Virus record (IMG/VR): IMGVR_UViG_3300025751_000087
Coordinates: 1 to 31,565 of that record
Length of the DNA stretch: 31,565 bases
Strand: one strand, 5' to 3'
DNA from: a virus
Lineage: Duplodnaviria; Caudoviricetes
Part shown: positions 9,055-16,147 of the stretch, one piece after another
Numbering within the stretch: position 1 is the first letter of the stretch
How the letters are laid out: each line of letters begins with the position of its first letter
Position numbers and translations under genes: made by a program
The notes under the pieces: model-generated
Database searches by the model: none
What the model was told of the DNA's origin: nothing
The model's input: only the letters and a program-made list of their open reading frames with translations

Positions 9055-9115
9055 TTAAAAGCAAGTTATAGGCCATACGGAGTGTGTGGTGTATAGCCTA
9101 TAATCTGATTCGATC
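9055..9115 (-). ncRNA. Candidate sRNA U2 (13-bp stem, 12-nt C-rich loop)
   Basis: TGcTATAAT extended -10 at 9130-9122; stem 9066-9103 with G-U pairing only on the minus strand; loop ACCACACACUCC. Confidence 0.4.
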
Positions 9116-9132
9116 AATTATATTATAGCATA

Positions 9133-9207
9133 TAAGGGGTTGAGGCACATAGATTCCCAACAATGCGCCCCAAAATGTGTTTCAGTCATATGTGACTATG
9201 AGATTAC
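9133..9207 (-). ncRNA. Candidate sRNA U1 (two hairpins)
   Basis: TGtTATAAT extended -10 at 9222-9214; small hairpin 9184-9197; 11-bp stem 9140-9173 with two G-U pairs on the minus strand and a 12-nt loop. Confidence 0.4.
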
Positions 9208-9222
9208 TATTTTATTATAACA

Positions 9223-9441
9223 TTATTTTAGAAAAAGAACATTATTTTTATTTATTTTGATGTAACCATTTCTAATTAGCTCACGAATACATTTTTGCCA
9301 TTTCTTTTCGTCTTTTATGGTTGTTGGATTAACAGGGAAATCAAGGGATTGGCGTGAATATAGATAACAATAAACCCCTTTTGCCTCATAACTAATTTCT
9401 GGATCAATTAATACGGTTGTAGGTAGATTAACTGTTTTCAT
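9223..9441 (-). CDS. Small HTH-domain protein
   Basis: DPEISYEAKGVYCYLYS...IRELIRNGYI pattern of phage wHTH proteins; ATG 9441. Confidence 0.6.
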   Translation of the reverse strand: MKTVNLPTTVLIDPEISYEAKGVYCYLYSRQSLDFPVNPTTIKDEKKWQKCIRELIRNGYIKINKNNVLFLK

Positions 9442-9757
9442 TTTTGACTTGCGGTACAAAATCAACTTTATTAATCAAAAAGTTATTGGTGTATACGGCT
9501 ACGCCCTGTTTTTCATATTTATGATTCTGAAGTGTTGCTTGAATGGCTATGGGCATATCTTTTTTAAAGTATTCTTGGATAAACATCGCGGTCTTGCCCC
9601 ATGCTGTCATGTCGAAAAAGTCACTGATACGCCGTCCTTGTTCGTCTTTCCGATTGCTGGGTACTCTAACGGTTAATCGTACCATAGCATCGCCTTTTTC
9701 AGTCATTCGATACTCAGTGTCTTTTGATATAATTCCTATTAATATAAAATTTTGCAT
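9428..9757 (-). CDS. ssb: Single-stranded DNA-binding protein (short, no acidic tail)
   Basis: NFILIG...DFFDMTAWGKTAMFIQEYFKK OB-fold motifs. Confidence 0.85.
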   Translation of the reverse strand: MQNFILIGIISKDTEYRMTEKGDAMVRLTVRVPSNRKDEQGRRISDFFDMTAWGKTAMFIQEYFKKDMPIAIQATLQNHKYEKQGVAVYTNNFLINKVDFVPQVKNENS

Positions 9758-9771
9758 TTTTTATTCTCCTT

Positions 9772-10260
9772 TTATTTAACGTTCAAATTATGTTTTTCAA
9801 CAAGTTTGCATCCATTTATTTCAAGCCCATTTTTTAATGCGGTCTTTATTGCGGTTTTGTTAGGTGTAACGTTGGTTTTGGTTGTGATGTAATCTTCTGA
9901 TAGCTCTTTAATCTTATCTTCATCAACTTCGACAACGGTTGATTTTCTGGTTTTGAAATTAAGAAGATCGGATTTAAATTCACCGTATAGATTAATTAAG
10001 CCAATAATCGAACGTGATAGTAATTCTATTTTTGTTTTATTGCGTTTTTTGAGTGTTTGTAACCGTTTAATTTCTTCATCAATTTGGCCGTTTTCATATT
10101 GAAGATTGTTAATATAGTGGTAATAATTTGTGGCGGTATCGTCTCGTTTCTCAACATTAATTGCCAATAATTCCTCAGCGTGTTCAGATACAATTCCATC
10201 ATCATCAATGATATCATTGAGAATAGTTTCGTATTCAGCTTTAATTTTCCATAATGACAT
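9772..10260 (-). CDS. Siphovirus Gp157-family protein
   Basis: MSLWKI start, EEIKRLQTLKK coiled coil, PNKTAIKTALKNG.EINGCKLVE C-terminus. Confidence 0.8.
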   Translation of the reverse strand: MSLWKIKAEYETILNDIIDDDGIVSEHAEELLAINVEKRDDTATNYYHYINNLQYENGQIDEEIKRLQTLKKRNKTKIELLSRSIIGLINLYGEFKSDLLNFKTRKSTVVEVDEDKIKELSEDYITTKTNVTPNKTAIKTALKNGLEINGCKLVEKHNLNVK

Positions 10261-10261
10261 T

Positions 10262-10660
10262 TTATATTCTCCTTTCAACTTTTAAATTGCCAAAGGCAAT
10301 AACTTCTGAATCGTCATTGGCAATAACTTCTGAATTGTCATAGGCCCTAACTTCTGAATTGTTATAGGCCCTAACTCTTGAATTGTCATAGGAAGTAACT
10401 ATTGAATTGCCATAGGAAGTAACTTTTGAATCGCCATAGGCACCAACTTTTGAATTGCCAAAGGCAATAACTTCTGAATCGTCATTGGCAATAACTTCTG
10501 AATTGCCAAAGGCAATAACTTTTGAATTGCCAAAGGCAATAACTTTTGAATTGCCATACACATAAAAGATACCTGCCTCAAGAATTGCATAGCCATCTAA
10601 ATCAATCTCATAACCCGTTACTGGCTTTGTTTTGCGTATGTCGTAGTATATTTCTTGCAT
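10262..10660 (-). CDS. Octapeptide-repeat (beta-solenoid-like) protein
   Basis: 12 repeats of xA(F/Y)(G/D)NS(K/E)V; SD AAAGGAG before ATG 10660. Confidence 0.75.
   Translation of the reverse strand: MQEIYYDIRKTKPVTGYEIDLDGYAILEAGIFYVYGNSKVIAFGNSKVIAFGNSEVIANDDSEVIAFGNSKVGAYGDSKVTSYGNSIVTSYDNSRVRAYNNSEVRAYDNSEVIANDDSEVIAFGNLKVERRI
10277..10564. repeat. 24-bp coding tandem repeat, 12 copies
   Basis: Unit of the type AACTTCTGAATTGCCAAAGGCAAT, repeated with variation. Confidence 0.95.
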
Positions 10661-10880
10661 TTTTATTTCTCCTTTTATTTTTGAAAAATCCACTAAACAA
10701 AACTCTAAATGGATTTCTGTATATATAATCCATTAAATCCTCAAGTGGCTCTGGCTCTCTTGTTTGCTTTTGTTTTACAGTATCTGTTTTTATTTTTTTA
10801 GGGGCCTGAATTTTTTTATTTGTATATGCGGAGTATATTTGGCCTTGATAACAGGGTATAGATATTATTTTATTCATCAT
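10608..10880 (-). CDS. Hypothetical protein
   Basis: ATGA-coupled to the upstream SSAP gene; overlaps the next gene by 53 nt. Confidence 0.55.
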   Translation of the reverse strand: MMNKIISIPCYQGQIYSAYTNKKIQAPKKIKTDTVKQKQTREPEPLEDLMDYIYRNPFRVLFSGFFKNKRRNKNARNILRHTQNKASNGL

Positions 10881-11488
10881 TTTAATTTCCTTAAATTTTT
10901 ATTTGTTATGTTTAATCGGGCCACGCTTGGGATGTTTCCATTAATGGTAAGATTGTTGATGTCGTCTATGGATGTGGTCTCGTTAGTCCGGGGATTGGTA
11001 TATGACGACGCTTTTTTGAGGGCTTCACGCTTTTCATCGCTGGTCATATTGGCGCAATACTCATGGATTTGATTCATAACAATTTTAATCGCATTAGTCT
11101 CAACATCGTTTACTGGCATTTCAGCCTTGTATTGTGGCTTTTGTTGTGTAGGTTGTTGTTGATTAATAGCGCTCAATACTTCGTCCGCACTGGCAATGCT
11201 TGAGTTAATTCCAATACCATAGTTACCAAGACATCGTCCAACTGCGGAGGTTTCACAATTCTCAATGTAGGAATTATTGTTAATATTATTACTGCCCTCC
11301 TTTTCATAGGCGTGGCCAGTAGAAACGATCTTATCATTAAGCATTAATGTTGCCTTCATGACACACACGCCATTTTCGTTAGAAATTATCTCAGTTAGTA
11401 ATTGAGCATTTTCGTAATTTTCTCTTAAATGTGTAACTCGCTCGTGAACTTCCACATAATCTTTTCCTTTAATCTTAATTGTTTTCAT
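10877..11488 (-). CDS. Single-strand annealing protein (Rad52/Sak-like)
   Basis: KGKDYVEVHERV...TGHAYE...ENCETSAVGRCL..GIG motifs; adjacent to Gp157 and SSB. Confidence 0.65.
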   Translation of the reverse strand: MKTIKIKGKDYVEVHERVTHLRENYENAQLLTEIISNENGVCVMKATLMLNDKIVSTGHAYEKEGSNNINNNSYIENCETSAVGRCLGNYGIGINSSIASADEVLSAINQQQPTQQKPQYKAEMPVNDVETNAIKIVMNQIHEYCANMTSDEKREALKKASSYTNPRTNETTSIDDINNLTINGNIPSVARLNITNKNLRKLK

Positions 11489-11631
11489 TTTTCCATTACC
11501 TCCAATATTTTCTTTGCCAATGCTATAGCCTCGTCTTTGCGTAATACCGACGTATACATATACACGTCCTGATTATCAATGATTCGAGCAATAAGCTCAT
11601 CATGTGATGTTTTTATTTCTGCTTCTTGCAT
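11485..11631 (-). CDS. Hypothetical 48-aa protein (not in ORF track)
   Basis: MQEAEIKTSHDELIARIIDNQDVYMYTSVLRKDEAIALAKKILEVMEK; start/stop overlaps on both sides. Confidence 0.7.
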   Translation of the reverse strand: MQEAEIKTSHDELIARIIDNQDVYMYTSVLRKDEAIALAKKILEVMEK

Positions 11632-11816
11632 TAGAACAACTCCTCAGCATCTTTATCTGTATAAGGCATATTAGAGATAATTGATTGCCCTAGATTAATA
11701 TTTGCTATTGTTTGTTTGCCTTGATGGAATATATACACGCTACCGTATCCATTGCACTCACACACGCTCTCATCATTTAATTCGATATCTAATGCATTTA
11801 ATAATTTAGTTAACAT
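11631..11816 (-). CDS. Hypothetical protein
   Basis: ATG 11816 preceded by GAGGT; packed in the operon. Confidence 0.65.
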   Translation of the reverse strand: MLTKLLNALDIELNDESVCECNGYGSVYIFHQGKQTIANINLGQSIISNMPYTDKDAEELF

Positions 11817-11817
11817 G

Positions 11818-11940
11818 TTAGACCTCACAACTCCAGACTGCATCCCATTCGCAACCGTCTAATTCTACTGGTTCGCAATCTGCACCCTTACACACCTGGC
11901 ACACTTCCTCGTAATATGTTGGCATTTCGAATCTATCCAT
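11818..11940 (-). CDS. 40-aa acidic Cys-rich peptide (not in ORF track)
   Basis: MDRFEMPTYYEEVCQVCKGADCEPVELDGCEWDAVWSCEV; strong SD AAAGGAG; first gene after promoter P1. Confidence 0.65.
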   Translation of the reverse strand: MDRFEMPTYYEEVCQVCKGADCEPVELDGCEWDAVWSCEV

Positions 11941-11973
11941 TTTTATTTGCTCCTTTGTTTTTTGTATATTTAA

Positions 11974-12002
11974 ATATTACAATGTCTTACAATGTATGTC
12001 AA
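11974..12002 (-). promoter_or_regulatory. Early promoter P1 with operator in the spacer
   Basis: TTGACA-17-TAATAT; two ACAWTGT heptads 10 bp apart. Confidence 0.85.
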
Positions 12003-12005
12003 CAA

Positions 12006-12164
12006 TTATTTTAATTTTTCTTTATTATTTTCCAGAAATTCTTTGACGGCTTGATTGATTAATCCTGATTTGTAATATAGTGGATTGTTTTTACATATTT
12101 CATTTAATTGATCCAACAATTCGGTTTCTATTCTAAACGATAATGGTTGTTTATTTGTTTTCAT
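12006..12164 (-). CDS. Ribbon-helix-helix (Arc/CopG-like) regulator, 52 aa (not in ORF track)
   Basis: MKTNKQPLSFRIETELLDQLNEICKNNPLYYKSGLINQAVKEFLE: strand-helix-helix pattern; SD AAGGAGGTG. Confidence 0.8.
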   Translation of the reverse strand: MKTNKQPLSFRIETELLDQLNEICKNNPLYYKSGLINQAVKEFLENNKEKLK

Positions 12165-12195
12165 TTTTCACCTCCTTTGTTTTTTGTATATATAA

Positions 12196-12224
12196 ATAAT
12201 ACATTGTATGACATTGTATATCAA
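12196..12224 (-). promoter_or_regulatory. Early promoter P2 with operator in the spacer (paralogue of P1)
   Basis: TTGATA-17-TATTAT; two ACAWTGT heptads; leader shared with P1. Confidence 0.8.
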
Positions 12225-12259
12225 TACCTTTAAATAAAATGTTAAATAAAAAAAACAGT

Positions 12260-12289
12260 TTGTTTAATTCTTATGTGATGTTATATAGT
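12260..12289 (+). promoter_or_regulatory. Candidate rightward promoter (possibly leaderless transcript)
   Basis: TTGTTT-18-TATAGT ending 7 nt before ATG 12297; no SD. Confidence 0.4.
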
Positions 12290-12296
12290 TTAATTA

Positions 12297-12851
12297 ATGA
12301 AAGATGTTTTAGAGGAACAAAAGCAAATAAAAACAACAGAACTCAGAGCTAACAAAGGGCAATTAGTTGAGCGTGGAATCCCTACTAATCCACGTAAAAT
12401 AACCAAAGAGAAATTCAATCTATTATTGCAGTCATTGGATAAGGGTAACCTCACACAGATACGGCCATTGGATGTGATTGAGCATGAGGGCAAGTTCATT
12501 GTGTTGTCGGGCAACCAAAGACTCAGAGCATTAAAAGAATTAAAGATAAAGGAAGTGCCTTGTAATATCCTAAAGGATGACTTAGAGCCAGAGACCTATA
12601 GACAAATTGTGTTACAAGCGAACACTAACTATGGGGAGCATGATGATGATCTATTGGCTAATGAATGGGATGCGGTAGAATTGCATGAGTGGGGGTATGA
12701 CTTGCCAGATTGGGAGCCTATAACACCAGAGGATGTGGAAAACCAAGAAGAGAAGTCTGTTTATCTCAAGGTTGAGGGGGAGCAAGTGTTGTTATTGTCT
12801 TTGGTTGATGAATTGACGGCCAAGGGATTAAAAGTGAGTGTTAAGTCATGA
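12297..12851 (+). CDS. ParB/Srx N-terminal domain protein
   Basis: NPRKI...IRPLDV...VLSGNQRLRALKELK..EVP; upstream of terminase genes, as is common in phages. Confidence 0.8.
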   Translation: MKDVLEEQKQIKTTELRANKGQLVERGIPTNPRKITKEKFNLLLQSLDKGNLTQIRPLDVIEHEGKFIVLSGNQRLRALKELKIKEVPCNILKDDLEPETYRQIVLQANTNYGEHDDDLLANEWDAVELHEWGYDLPDWEPITPEDVENQEEKSVYLKVEGEQVLLLSLVDELTAKGLKVSVKS

Positions 12852-13231
12852 ATTCAATTTGTTTTATAGTTCTTGTTGTTTTGTTTATTAATCTATTTAT
12901 TAGTTTTTTTATTAAATATTATAAAATAAATTATTACCGAAAAAGATATACTAATAGGGAAATACAGGAATTTATTTTGAAATTTTGTCATGGATGTTTT
13001 TGCTTATCAACATACAAGCCTGACCCAGAAATGAGCTATAATGTTTACAGTAAAAGGCCAATGACTAAGGAACAATTACAAATATTGATTAATAAACTTT
13101 TAGATGACGGGATTATCGAAATGTTTATACATAATGGGCAAAAGAGTTATTGTATTATTTCAGATAGTAAGTCTGCATTTTTAAGGGGAGTTTACAAGTC
13201 ATGGGAGTTTACAAGTCATGAACACAATTAA
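12848..13231 (+). CDS. Hypothetical protein with N-terminal TM helix
   Basis: Hydrophobic N-terminus; ATGA coupling. Confidence 0.6.
   Translation: MNSICFIVLVVLFINLFISFFIKYYKINYYRKRYTNREIQEFILKFCHGCFCLSTYKPDPEMSYNVYSKRPMTKEQLQILINKLLDDGIIEMFIHNGQKSYCIISDSKSAFLRGVYKSWEFTSHEHN
13186..13219. repeat. Perfect 17-bp tandem duplication of SD plus start region
   Basis: GGGAGTTTACAAGTCAT x2. Confidence 0.95.
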
Positions 13232-13448
13232 AATTAGTTATAATTATGATACCGATGAGACAAAGATTCAATTTAATGAAGAGTTTAATTCTTTGCCAGT
13301 GATACACCAATTAGATGCCATAAAAGATGGATTGTGTCTACTTGAGGAAAGATATAATACATTATTGCATAATTTTAATCAGCAATTATTGACGCGTGAA
13401 GAAGTAAATGAAGGTGCTGATATGAATGATATTGAGGTGAGGGATTAA
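13218..13448 (+). CDS. Hypothetical protein
   Basis: SD GGGAG; coupled to the next gene. Confidence 0.65.
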   Translation: MNTIKISYNYDTDETKIQFNEEFNSLPVIHQLDAIKDGLCLLEERYNTLLHNFNQQLLTREEVNEGADMNDIEVRD

Positions 13449-13843
13449 TGAGATTTTCTGATGATTGCTATAATTGCAGGGATTGTTTAGTAATCGATCA
13501 CAAATCCTACAAAAGAAAACTATCTAAGTTAGTTTGTTCCCCTTTTCGTTTCATACAAAGACTTTTTGTTTGTGATCTTGAGCAAAGAGAAATCGAACTA
13601 AGTAATCAGATTCAAGAGCTTAATAAATTCAAACATGTTAATATTGATGCGATTAATAGAAACACCTTCAACAATTTAGGAAAATCAGTGGCAAGTATGA
13701 AAAACAGAATAAATAAACTGGTGGTTCCTGATGACTACACGGAAGAGTTTCAGTTTATATTTGATTTGAAACACGATTTAAATGAATTTGAAAAACATTG
13801 GAATCAAATTAAAAAATTACCAAAAGAAGTGGGTGATAACTAA
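13448..13843 (+). CDS. Hypothetical protein (N-terminal Cys cluster, coiled coil)
   Basis: CYNCRDC; TAATG overlaps on both sides. Confidence 0.65.
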   Translation: MRFSDDCYNCRDCLVIDHKSYKRKLSKLVCSPFRFIQRLFVCDLEQREIELSNQIQELNKFKHVNIDAINRNTFNNLGKSVASMKNRINKLVVPDDYTEEFQFIFDLKHDLNEFEKHWNQIKKLPKEVGDN

Positions 13844-14280
13844 TGGCGTATAACACCGAAGAATTATATCAAATGGCTTTGAAAATTATCAAAGAACGTG
13901 AAGTTCGAACGATTGAAGGGGTTGTTGCACTTATGCCATGCGACAAAACAACTTTCTACAAGCATTTCCCGATTGATTCCAACGAACTCAACACCATTAA
14001 AAGAGAATTAAATAAAAAAAAGGTCGAGGGAAAAGAAAGATTAATACGTATGATGGGCTCAATTACACATGGTTCACCTGCTGAACGAATTTTTCTTTAC
14101 AAGTTATGGGCGGACAAAGAAGAAAAAGAGGCCATATATGATACAAGCATCAAGGCAAAGATTGAAACACCTAGACATGAAATAACGTTAAATTTAATTA
14201 AAGATGATGAACAAAATTTAATTCAAGAAAAAAAAGAAAGTGAGGAAAAAAATGGGAATAACAACACAAAAACATATTAA
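13843..14280 (+). CDS. Putative terminase small subunit
   Basis: N-terminal HTH (VVALMPCDKTTFYKHFP), helical core, upstream of TerL. Confidence 0.55.
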   Translation: MAYNTEELYQMALKIIKEREVRTIEGVVALMPCDKTTFYKHFPIDSNELNTIKRELNKKKVEGKERLIRMMGSITHGSPAERIFLYKLWADKEEKEAIYDTSIKAKIETPRHEITLNLIKDDEQNLIQEKKESEEKNGNNNTKTY

Positions 14281-14473
14281 TATTATTGATGAGCTTAAAG
14301 AGAAAGCGATTAAAGATAAAGCAAAATTAAATGGGGCATTATTACCAGATGAGAAAGACAGATTTACCCTAGCCATTAATGGTTTGGAAGCAACTAAAAA
14401 GCGTATGCAGATTGATTTATTGGAACAAGAAAAGCAAAACGTAGAAAACGAATTGGATAAACTTAATGCTTAA
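14252..14473 (+). CDS. Hypothetical coiled-coil protein
   Basis: ATG 14252 with SD GAGG. Confidence 0.6.
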   Translation: MGITTQKHINIIDELKEKAIKDKAKLNGALLPDEKDRFTLAINGLEATKKRMQIDLLEQEKQNVENELDKLNA

Positions 14474-14693
14474 TACAGTTTTAAATGATCTCTGGAATAG
14501 TGTTGATCTACTAATTACGTTATTTATTTTTACGGTGGCGGTTGGTATAAATCTTCTTTTTGCTTTTCGTGTGATGTATTTAGTTAAGAAGAACGAAGAC
14601 CCAATCAAAGTCTTTAAAAAATATGAGGATAACGGTACATTGCGTGATGTTCTTTTAAATCAAAAGGAATACGACGAGATTAATGGCATTTAA
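14466..14693 (+). CDS. Single-TM membrane protein
   Basis: LLITLFIFTVAVGINLLFAF helix. Confidence 0.6.
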   Translation: MLNTVLNDLWNSVDLLITLFIFTVAVGINLLFAFRVMYLVKKNEDPIKVFKKYEDNGTLRDVLLNQKEYDEINGI

Positions 14694-14862
14694 GCTCAGA
14701 CTAAATACGCGGTATACGCTCAATGATGGGAATGAATACGTTTTAATTGGCACAACGGGCAATGAGACGGAAAGTAAAAATAAATGTGTAGTGCTTGTGG
14801 ATGATGTTAACTGGAAGCGTAAAAAATTAAAAGTAGAGGATTTTTATAAACAAGTAAAATGA
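14683..14862 (+). CDS. Hypothetical 59-aa protein (not in ORF track)
   Basis: MAFKLRLNTRYTLNDGNEYVLIG...FYKQVK; TGA overlaps the TerL ATG. Confidence 0.65.
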   Translation: MAFKLRLNTRYTLNDGNEYVLIGTTGNETESKNKCVVLVDDVNWKRKKLKVEDFYKQVK

Positions 14863-16145
14863 AAGCCTCACTAAACTATAACCAGTCAGTCATATTTAAT
14901 ACTGTTTTTAACGAAAATATGACAATGAAAAAAGACTGCCCTAGAGAGATCGCTTTCTGGGGTGGCTATGGTTCAGGCAAGAGCTGGGTAAGTATATTAT
15001 TGGCCTATTATTTATGCCATTATCATGAAGGCGTACAATTATTGATGACAAGATACAGCTACAGGCAACTTAAAGATACGTGCATTGTACAGTTTTTAGA
15101 TGCGTTCCCACCTGATGAATACGGTTATACCCATATGAAAGCCGATCATGAGTTTCATTTTGGGAATGGAAGTAAAATCATTTTTAGATCGTTCGATGAC
15201 CCACGCAAGATTCTATCTAGTAGTTACGACGCTGTTATTATGTGTCAGGCCGAGGAACTAAAGGAAGAACACTTTTTGGGTGCGTTGGGGCGTATGAGAG
15301 GAACAGCATTACCAGTTAAATTGATATTTACTGAGGGCAATCCCCGATATGGATGGTGTAAAAAGCGTTATCATGATGATGACCCACCAGAGGATTGTTT
15401 ATATATAAAAGCGACTACATACAGCAACAAAAAAAACTTGCCTAAAGACTACATTAAAAACATGGAAGAGAACTTCCCACCTAGCTATATACAACAGTTT
15501 TTAGAGGGTAATTGGGATTCTACACAGAATGCGGTTTATGACCAATTAATGAGCCACCATATTATACCTAGACAACAAATTCACGATCATTGGTATAAAT
15601 GCATTGGGCTAGACCATGGCACACGTGTTGATACGAGTATCGTATTTATGGCTAAAGATGAGTCAGGGCGTATTTATATATATGATGAATGGCATAAACC
15701 ACAACCAACAGTTAATGAGATTGTGCAAGCGTGTAACCGATATGGCCCAATGCCAATCATTGCCGATTACAGTATGAAGGTACAGGATCGTGACTATGGT
15801 TCTTGGTGGCGAGATTTACAATCACATGGTTTAAATCTCATTGAAGCCGTTAAAGAGAAGTCCGGGAATATCTTATTAGTTAATCAATTATTATTTCAAA
15901 ACAAACTATTCTTTTTTGAAAATATTCCATACGTGATTGACCAGCATAAAAACTACATGTACGTGGATAAGTTACATGCTAACGATGACCAGTTCAAAGT
16001 TGTTAAAAAGAATGACCATTCATGTGATGCGGTTCAATATGCGGTTAGACATTTAAACAATGTTGAAGTTAAAAATCCAAGTGCTAAGTGGGCTATGATT
16101 AATGATGGGCCAACGTTAGATGACTATGTGAAGGAAAAGGTTTAA
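14859..16145 (+). CDS. terL: Terminase large subunit
   Basis: Walker A GGYGSGKS, GRMRG, coupling motif EGNP, nuclease GLDHG and NDHSCDAVQYA. Confidence 0.93.
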   Translation: MKASLNYNQSVIFNTVFNENMTMKKDCPREIAFWGGYGSGKSWVSILLAYYLCHYHEGVQLLMTRYSYRQLKDTCIVQFLDAFPPDEYGYTHMKADHEFHFGNGSKIIFRSFDDPRKILSSSYDAVIMCQAEELKEEHFLGALGRMRGTALPVKLIFTEGNPRYGWCKKRYHDDDPPEDCLYIKATTYSNKKNLPKDYIKNMEENFPPSYIQQFLEGNWDSTQNAVYDQLMSHHIIPRQQIHDHWYKCIGLDHGTRVDTSIVFMAKDESGRIYIYDEWHKPQPTVNEIVQACNRYGPMPIIADYSMKVQDRDYGSWWRDLQSHGLNLIEAVKEKSGNILLVNQLLFQNKLFFFENIPYVIDQHKNYMYVDKLHANDDQFKVVKKNDHSCDAVQYAVRHLNNVEVKNPSAKWAMINDGPTLDDYVKEKV

Positions 16146-16147
16146 AA

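Noticed and set aside
8983-9222. CRISPR mini-array
   Set aside because: The units share structure but have no identical direct repeats or constant spacer length, and no cas genes are present
10277-10564. CRISPR array or DGR template/variable repeats
   Set aside because: In-frame 24-bp coding repeat with no spacers; no reverse transcriptase; variation is not adenine-specific
9758-10680. Repeated AAAGGAGAA(A/T)(A/T)AAAATG blocks as recombination cassettes
   Set aside because: Adequately explained as strong SD plus A-rich spacer; the same block precedes the capsid gene
11978-12218. Inverted 19-bp repeats as transposon ends or an inversion switch around the RHH gene
   Set aside because: No transposase or recombinase; both repeats sit exactly in promoter spacers and consist of quasi-palindromic heptads, so operators are the simpler explanation
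12297-12851. ParABS partition system
   Set aside because: Only the ParB N-terminal domain is present; no ParA, HTH or parS array seen; position before the terminase is typical of non-partition phage ParB-like proteins
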